A stretch of DNA of 24,160 nt from Candidatus Latescibacterota bacterium (lineage in GTDB: Bacteria; Latescibacterota; UBA2968; UBA8231). Every line of letters starts with the position of its first letter. Within the stretch, counting starts at the first letter, position 1. The stretch spans positions 1-24,160 of the forward strand of contig CBDBIJ010000105.1 in NCBI GenBank assembly GCA_965205655.1, written 5' to 3'. Made by a program: the position numbers and the translations under genes. Positions 19,107 through 24,160 of this stretch are shown here, in pieces. The notes under the pieces are model-generated. The model was not told the origin of the DNA. It made no database searches and was given only the letters and a program-made list of their open reading frames with translations.

Positions 19107-19141
19107 AAAGCGGCGGCGTCGATTGCCTCTGTTTTAGTCAT
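19107..19141 (-). pseudogene. 5' stub of an unknown gene cut by IS256 copy B
   Basis: AGGAGG RBS, ATG 19141, MTKTEAIDAAAL running into the IS end. Confidence 0.55.
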
Positions 19142-19174
19142 GAACACCTCCTGAGGGTAATGAGTGACTTGCGA

Positions 19175-19203
19175 AAGATAGGAAAGGCCAATCAGGAGGT
19201 CAA
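19175..19203 (-). promoter_or_regulatory. sigma70 promoter of the truncated gene, now pointing into the IS256/IS1380 nest
   Basis: Minus strand TTGACC-17 nt-TATCTT upstream of the AGGAGG RBS. Confidence 0.6.
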
Positions 19204-19204
19204 G

Positions 19205-19357
19205 TCATATTTGCATTATTCCCGTTTGGACATACATCGCATGGCACTTTCCGATGAGAAAGCCATTGACTACCTCAGCTCGCTTCTTGATTTCTTCCAT
19301 GCAATCGGCGTACTTCGAGTACGGGTTTGCAGCCATTGCGTGGTCGGTGTCGGTCAT
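19205..19357 (-). pseudogene. N-terminal fragment of a hypothetical protein
   Basis: Purine-rich RBS, ATG 19357; MTDTDHAMAANPYSKYADCMEEIKKRAEVVNGFLIGKCHAMYVQT, then runs into the next promoter. Confidence 0.45.
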
Positions 19358-19439
19358 TATTCTTTCCCTTGTTGTGATTGTGCGCCTGAGGCTTGGGTAG
19401 CCAAGTAATTAGAATTCCCCAAACGACCGTTTACGACAC

Positions 19440-19562
19440 ATGTTGATCGGCTACGCCAGCGTTTCGAAGGCGGATGGCTCCCAGTCGCTGGACCTACAGC
19501 GCGACGCGCGGCGGGCCGATGGCGTCGACGCCGGCCATGTCTACCACGACGTCGCGTCTGGC
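19440..19562 (+). pseudogene. Serine resolvase N-terminal stub (Tn5053 TniR-like)
   Basis: MLIGYASVSKADGSQSLDLQRDA...HVYHDVASG; the conserved R of Y.RVS is S; preceded by res-like AAACGACCGTTT. Confidence 0.8.
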
Positions 19563-19640
19563 GCAGGCGCTCGCGCAATAACTGATGCCCCGACGCGGGT
19601 CGCAGCGCAGTGGTGGCACCACGGGGTTCTAGGCGCGGCC

Positions 19641-20400
19641 ATGGCGGTGATGGCGGCGGCGGCGACCCTGCTCCCCGGACTGGCCGTCGCGCAAGACGTC
19701 TACCTGCGCACCGGACTCGACCTGAGCCGTCCGGCCGACACCTACTTCACCGACGCGGACTGTGCGAGCCTGGTCCCGGCCGCGCTGTACGGCTGCGGCG
19801 TGGGCGGTGATGGCGCGCCGCTCCGGTCGGTGGGGGACGTTGGCCCGGTCGCAGGCGTTGAGTTTGGGCTCGGGTACGCCGTGGCGCCCGCCGTGCGGCT
19901 GGAGGCCCTTCTGACTTACCGGCCGCGATTTACGTTCGATGGTCACGCCAACTTCCTGGCCCCCGACCGTGAGCAATCCGTGTCCGTGGATCTGTCCTCG
20001 CTGTCTGGGATCCTGGCCGTGTATGTGGATCTCCCCGGCTTGGGGGTGCGCCCGCTCGGCCCGTTGAGCCCCTTCGTCGGCGGTGGCCTCGGGGCGGCCC
20101 GCGTGGTCAGCGGTGAGACGCGCATGACGTTCCCCGAAGACGCGGACCCTCGTGCCGGGCACCCGCCGGACGGGGTTGACTTGGAGACTGACGGCTGGCC
20201 TGGGGATGTCGTGGGGCGAGCGGGCGACGCTCGATCTCGCCTGGCGGTACACGAATGCCGGCGTCATCGAGACCGGCGCCGGGCCGGGCCGGGTTGAATG
20301 GCTCGACGGCAGCCGGGACCCGGTGGGGCTCGATCTGGCGCCGACACAGGCCCCGTTGCGGAGCCACGGGCTGCACCTGTCTCTGCGGTATGAGCTCTGA
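19641..20400 (+). pseudogene. Outer-membrane beta-barrel (OmpA-like/opacity-porin type) with 1-nt frameshift near 20133
   Basis: Signal peptide AVA|QDVYLR; GLGY, VRLE, SPFVGGGLG; TTCCCCG minus one C gives FPKTRTLVPG...TLDLAWRY...HGLHLSLRYEL. Start uncertain. Confidence 0.75.
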
Positions 20401-20598
20401 TCCCCCACTTGCACGACCGCGACCTGGCGCTCGAGCCTTTGGCTGGACCGAGCGCGCGACGGAGTGGATCGCCCTGCTGGCTGCTCAAGATACGCGGCGC
20501 GTCTACCACCGATGTGATGCTAGCGGTCGCCATCGCCCGCTGCGAAACGGACGCCACCTGGTCCATCGTGAGCGTTTAGGCGTGGGCATGTTCGTTCT

Positions 20599-20664
20599 TC
20601 AGCGGCCATTCGCCAAGTTGAGCGCCAGCAGTTCGGCGAGCGCGTCGTCGTCGGAGATGTCGAC
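20599..20664 (-). pseudogene. Extreme C-terminal scrap of an MmeI-like (type IIL/IIG) DNA methyltransferase
   Basis: VDISDDDALAELLALNLANGR* resembles the tail after AYGW in this family (recalled motif). Confidence 0.55.
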
Positions 20665-20920
20665 CTGCTCCGGATCGCCGCACACACCAGGAGCCGTGGT
20701 CATCAACGCGGCGCCCGTCGCCAACCCGCTCACGGACCAAGCCTTGACCGCCATCGCTGGTTACGGTGTGAAGGCCTGCCCCGTCATCGTGCATCAGCGA
20801 ATCGAGCACGTCCACGCCTTCACAGCCGGATTGTCCGCATCTGAGTCTGCGCCAAGCGGGAAGGCCGCAGCCGAGATCGATGAACTCTTTAACTGGACAC
20901 GGAGCCGAGACCAATGGTGA
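20659..20920 (+). pseudogene. parA: C-terminal part of a ParA/ParF partition ATPase
   Basis: AVVINAAP...IVHQRIEHVHAFTAGLS.SE.APSGKAAAEIDELFNW; Walker A region absent; RHH gene follows. Confidence 0.75.
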
Positions 20921-21150
20921 AGCGTAAATCCAATCTTGCCGACGCCGTGCATAGCGCCGCGCGCGCAGACAAGCGCCCGCGCGAGAACACGGCACCGTCC
21001 GCTGACACGGGACCGATGAAAAGCGTGTTGCTCCGACTCCCGCCAACACTACACCGGCAACTGCGACAGCTCTCCCTCGACCAGGACACCACCCTTCAAG
21101 CGCTCGGCGTGGAAGCGCTGAAACGGATGCTGGAGGAACGACAGCGGTAA
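20914..21150 (+). CDS. Ribbon-helix-helix protein (ParG-like partner)
   Basis: 78 aa; flexible N-terminus then SVLLRLPPTLHRQLRQLSLDQDTTLQALGVEAL; overlaps the parA stop. Confidence 0.8.
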   Translation: MVKRKSNLADAVHSAARADKRPRENTAPSADTGPMKSVLLRLPPTLHRQLRQLSLDQDTTLQALGVEALKRMLEERQR

Positions 21151-21246
21151 AGCGGCGGCTCGTCCGCTCGACGTATGCAAGACAGAGAATCAGACACGGG
21201 ATACGACACACGGATGTGCTTGCCGGCCGGCGTCCTTGCCCGTCTG

Positions 21247-21303
21247 TCGCAAACGGCCGTTTGCGATACATGCGGATCGGCTACGCTCGCGTCTCAAAGG
21301 CGG
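21247..21303 (+). pseudogene. Second resolvase stub with res-like palindrome
   Basis: Perfect 20-bp palindrome TCGCAAACGGCCGTTTGCGA, then ATG 21270 MRIGYARVSKA; DNA aligns with 19421-19473. Confidence 0.75.
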
Positions 21304-21558
21304 CCGGCTTGGCGGGCCCTATTTCGGAACACTGAAGATAGCGATCCACGTCTTCCCGGTGACGAGCCTCCAACCCGTGTGCCCGGTCCTGTGGCCGGGT
21401 CAGGAAGGCATCGAGGCCGTGTTTGAGACGGCTGGCGGCGTCCTGGTCTCGCGCTGACGCTTCGACCGCCGCTCGTCACGGTTCGACGTAGTCGGCGTAT
21501 TGCGCCGTCATCCCGGCGCGTGCTCGTCACGCCCGACCGTCCGTCGCGTTGCCGCCGG

Positions 21559-22278
21559 TCACATCGGCGTGAAGGTGACCGACGCCCGGGTGAAGTAGAT
21601 GGCCGTCCGGGCCTCGAATCCCGAGTCGGCGCCGAACAGCAGCCAGGCCCGGCCACTGGGAGGTATAGAGATCGGTGTCGGCGTTGGTCGGCCCTCGAAG
21701 GCCTTACGCTCCCACTGACGCGCCTGCTCGCAGCTTCTGGAGTTGGCGATGTCGCCGAGCACCACGGCGTGTGCCCCGCCGCCGGACTGATTGCCGATGT
21801 CGATGTTCATGCGCAGGTAGGAGCCGTCGCGAATAGCGAGCGGTTCGATGGCGGTCGCACCCGCCTTGATCCAGACGCTTTCGCCCGGCGCGCCACCCAC
21901 CCCGAAACACCCGGCCGGCGTGTCGGTGGCGATCTCCACACTGACCGTGACGATGTAGCGCCCGCCGGGCGAGAGGCCCGCGATAGGTCCCTTGAAGAAC
22001 ATGAACAGGTCGTCGCTCCGGTTGACGCCAGAGATGAACAGGGCGGACTGCGACGCCAGCGGCGGCGGTAGGGCGCGGTAGTCCGCAGTCAACTCGTAGA
22101 TGCCCGCATCGGCTGGCGGATAGTCGGCGAAGCCGGCAACGAATCCTTGAGGCCCGCCACGAAAGTCGAAGGCGAACGTCAGCGCATCCGTCGGCGCGTT
22201 CGGATGACCCCGGCAACTGCCGACGAATACGGCGGTCAGTAGTGCCACGGTACCGCAGTGGAGCCGCCAGCCGTGCAT
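21559..22278 (-). CDS. Lipoprotein of unknown function
   Basis: Lipobox VGS-C; GFADYP, GVNRSDDLFMF, C.GVGGAPGESV.IKAG, DSGFE; intact 239 aa. Confidence 0.8.
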   Translation of the reverse strand: MHGWRLHCGTVALLTAVFVGSCRGHPNAPTDALTFAFDFRGGPQGFVAGFADYPPADAGIYELTADYRALPPPLASQSALFISGVNRSDDLFMFFKGPIAGLSPGGRYIVTVSVEIATDTPAGCFGVGGAPGESVWIKAGATAIEPLAIRDGSYLRMNIDIGNQSGGGAHAVVLGDIANSRSCEQARQWERKAFEGRPTPTPISIPPSGRAWLLFGADSGFEARTAIYFTRASVTFTPM

Positions 22279-22542
22279 GGCGACATGCTATCGAAGACGG
22301 CACGTGTTGTGGCGACGGCTACCGGACGCGCCGGCCGGGCGCGACAGGCGGCTGGGGTTCGCAGGCGAGCGCAGCATCTCCTCGCCAGCACAATGCGGTA
22401 TACCTTGGGCAAGCTGACTCGTGGCTCTCAACGAGCCATGAGCCAACTCCGACCGCTGGAGTCTCGTGGGTTGGGAAGCGGCCGCATCCATGGCTGGTAC
22501 GGTTCGGCTGGTCGGAAACGAGACGTATCGACGATGAGTCAC

Positions 22543-23103
22543 GCATCGCTGGAAACAAGGCTTCGCTATTCGCCTTCCGATTGCTTCAACACCTATGCTT
22601 TCCCCGCCGGGCTCTGGCAGACCGCCGATCCCGTCCTCGCGGAGCTCGGCGAGTGCTACCACGCGCACCGCAAGGAACTGACGCAGACCCTCTGGCTCGG
22701 CTTGACCAAGATCTACAACCTTTTCCACGCCCGAAACCTGTCGCCCGAGATGGTTGCCAAGGCTTCCAAGAAGGACGCGGACATAGTCAACCTGGGCTTC
22801 GAGGCCCTGCTCGAACTGCGCCGGCTGCACATCACGCTCGACATCGCGGTCCGTGATGCCTACGGCTGGCAAGACCTCGATCTAGAGCACAACTTCCACG
22901 AGGTGGAGACCCTCCCCGAGAACGACCGTATTCGCTACACGATCAGCCCCGCCGCCCGCCGCGAGGTGCTCAAGCGCTTGCTCGCTAAGAACCACGCCTG
23001 CACCGGGACCGAAGCGAAGGACGCGGCCCGCAGGTCCACACACGGCCACCGCAAGACCTTGGTCGCGGCCGATGGCCCTGGCCTCTTCGGAGGAGAGTCC
23101 TGA
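22543..23103 (+). pseudogene. C-terminal fragment of a type IIG/IIL restriction-modification methyltransferase
   Basis: SLETRLRYSPSDCFNTYAFP, GLTKIYNLFH, LRRLH..LD.AV.DAYGW, RREVLKRLL..NH; no SAM-binding or NPPY motifs upstream. Confidence 0.8.
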
Positions 23104-23280
23104 CCCGCGTGATCGGCATCGAGTCGAGGATGGACCGAAAGAGCATCCGACGATGTGGAGCCGTTTCCGCACGGCAGCTGACGAGATACGATATTCACGA
23201 CTTCTGCGCCAGACAGCCTCTACGACGAAGCTCGCCATTGAAGGGAGCAAGACGGTGACGACCGCGAAAGGCACGCGCGC

Positions 23281-23460
23281 ATGACGGCTGGAGTATTCTC
23301 GGCCGACGAGTGGATTGACCGCCTTGCCCGGGTGCTCCCCGGTCTGGCCGAAGCGCAGGAGCCCTACCTGCAAGAATATTACAGGCAGAATCCGCGTGTG
23401 CATGTCGTGTGCGGCGGGCCGGACGGCGATCCACCAGCCTTTCCCCTGGACGATCTGCAG
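23281..23460 (+). pseudogene. N-terminal fragment of a hypothetical protein
   Basis: MTAGVFSADEWIDRLARVLPGLAEAQEPYLQEYY...PFPLDDL-like; protein-like character is lost after about 23460. Confidence 0.45.
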
Positions 23461-23790
23461 GCCCTTGTCGGCTTCGGTGTGGTTATAGCCGCAGATTTCA
23501 CAGACGTAACGAGGGTCGATCGCACGCGCCGGTTCCGTGTCGGTCTCCTCGAAGATGATCTTGCGGAAGGAGAATGGCAAAGGCAGTCGCCGCAGACGGC
23601 TACGTGATCACTCTACCGGCCAGGTCGTCAATATGTTCGCGCAGTATCTATTCCTGGCGAGGGTTCAGTTCACCATTGAAGATCGGATAACACATCCAAG
23701 AGCTGCCAAGGCAGCATGCGAGTTCTACATACGGAATCGATGTTCCTTCAGTAATCAGGAGACCAGCGACGGCGGCGAAGCCCGAGAACT

Positions 23791-23961
23791 GGGTCGCAGA
23801 ACTGGCGCGGTCGTCGGGGTTTCATCATTGGCCGCGAGAAGCGGAGCCAGAGAGCAGACGAACCGCTGTTAGAGTGGTACGGGGAGGTATTTACCTCGGC
23901 GGTCACGAGGAACGGTTCACAGATGCTTTGTATCGGATACGGATTCGGAGACGAACATGTG
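23791..23961 (+). pseudogene. Internal fragment of a SIR2-like domain protein
   Basis: GSQNW...IIGREK...EPLLEWYGEVF...MLCIGYGFGDEHV matches (H)GS.NW and GY.F.D.H SIR2_2 motifs; not in the ORF track. Confidence 0.7.
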
Positions 23962-24062
23962 GTTAAGGAATCTCATCCTCTGCCTCGCGCTCGTCTCAGT
24001 CGCCCAGGCTGAGACGTGGCGTGGAGGTCGCCCCGGAGAACCGGTGCTCGCCGTATGACCGG
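23957..24062 (+). pseudogene. N-terminal fragment of a secreted protein, with internal deletion
   Basis: MWLRNLILCLALVSVAQA|ETWRG, then shifted frame VAPENRCSPYDR. Confidence 0.55.
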
Positions 24063-24074
24063 GGGAGAACATCT

Positions 24075-24160
24075 ATGGCTATTGACGACGGCCACGAGCG
24101 CGACCAGATAGAACAGCCGAGGAATCCGCGCGGGCGCCCCTCCAAGCTCACGCCGGATCT
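24075..24160 (+). CDS. 5' end of a possible HTH / terminase-small-subunit-like protein, runs off the window
   Basis: GGGGAG RBS; MAIDDGHERDQIEQPRNPRGRPSKLTPD (GRPSKLT motif). Confidence 0.45.
   Translation, partial: MAIDDGHERDQIEQPRNPRGRPSKLTPD

Noticed and set aside
20255..20920. 221-aa ORF as one gene
   Set aside because: Only the last ~80 aa are ParA-like; the rest reads through unrelated fragments.
22258..22542. N-terminal part of the 281-aa ORF, or a complete R-M gene
   Set aside because: Not protein-like and lacks methyltransferase motifs; similarity starts near 22543.
23791..23961. Functional SIR2 defence system
   Set aside because: Only 57 codons, no start, catalytic His region cut, no partner gene.
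1..24160. CRISPR array, tRNA or rRNA genes
   Set aside because: No regularly spaced repeats, cloverleaf or rRNA signature seen.
19107..24160. Integron cassette array as explanation for the mosaic
   Set aside because: Pieces are partial, on both strands, with no recurring RYYYAAC...GTTRRRY attC sites and no integrase.

Overview
Bacterial, GC-rich chromosomal window with three zones. (1) 1-12100, core-like: the start of a secreted protein, a small lipoprotein, aspS, and divergently a tightly coupled operon cNMP-domain protein - cysteine synthase (CysM-like) - JAB/Mec protease - TMTC-like GT-C/TPR protein - CysO/MoaD sulfur carrier ending GG-C-GG - second TMTC-like protein - cysK. A third TMTC-like gene and rpsT converge on it. 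(2) 12100-19106, an IS pile-up: an IS256 (8-bp TSD) splits a candidate sigma54-driven rod-shaped ncRNA, an IS30 (2-bp TSD) splits a secreted-protein gene, and a second IS256 truncates that gene and carries an IS1380 (4-bp TSD) nested in its own terminal repeat. (3) 19107-24160, a mosaic of short abutting fragments of plasmid, transposon and defence genes (two resolvase stubs, ParA/RHH, two MmeI-like tails, SIR2-like, others) with few intact genes. Several genes are broken by single-base indels or exact 8-17 bp tandem duplications, which may be real decay or assembly error. The strongest novelty candidates are the sulfur-carrier/TMTC interleaved operon and the IS-split ncRNA. All family assignments come from motif recognition by eye; no database search was run.
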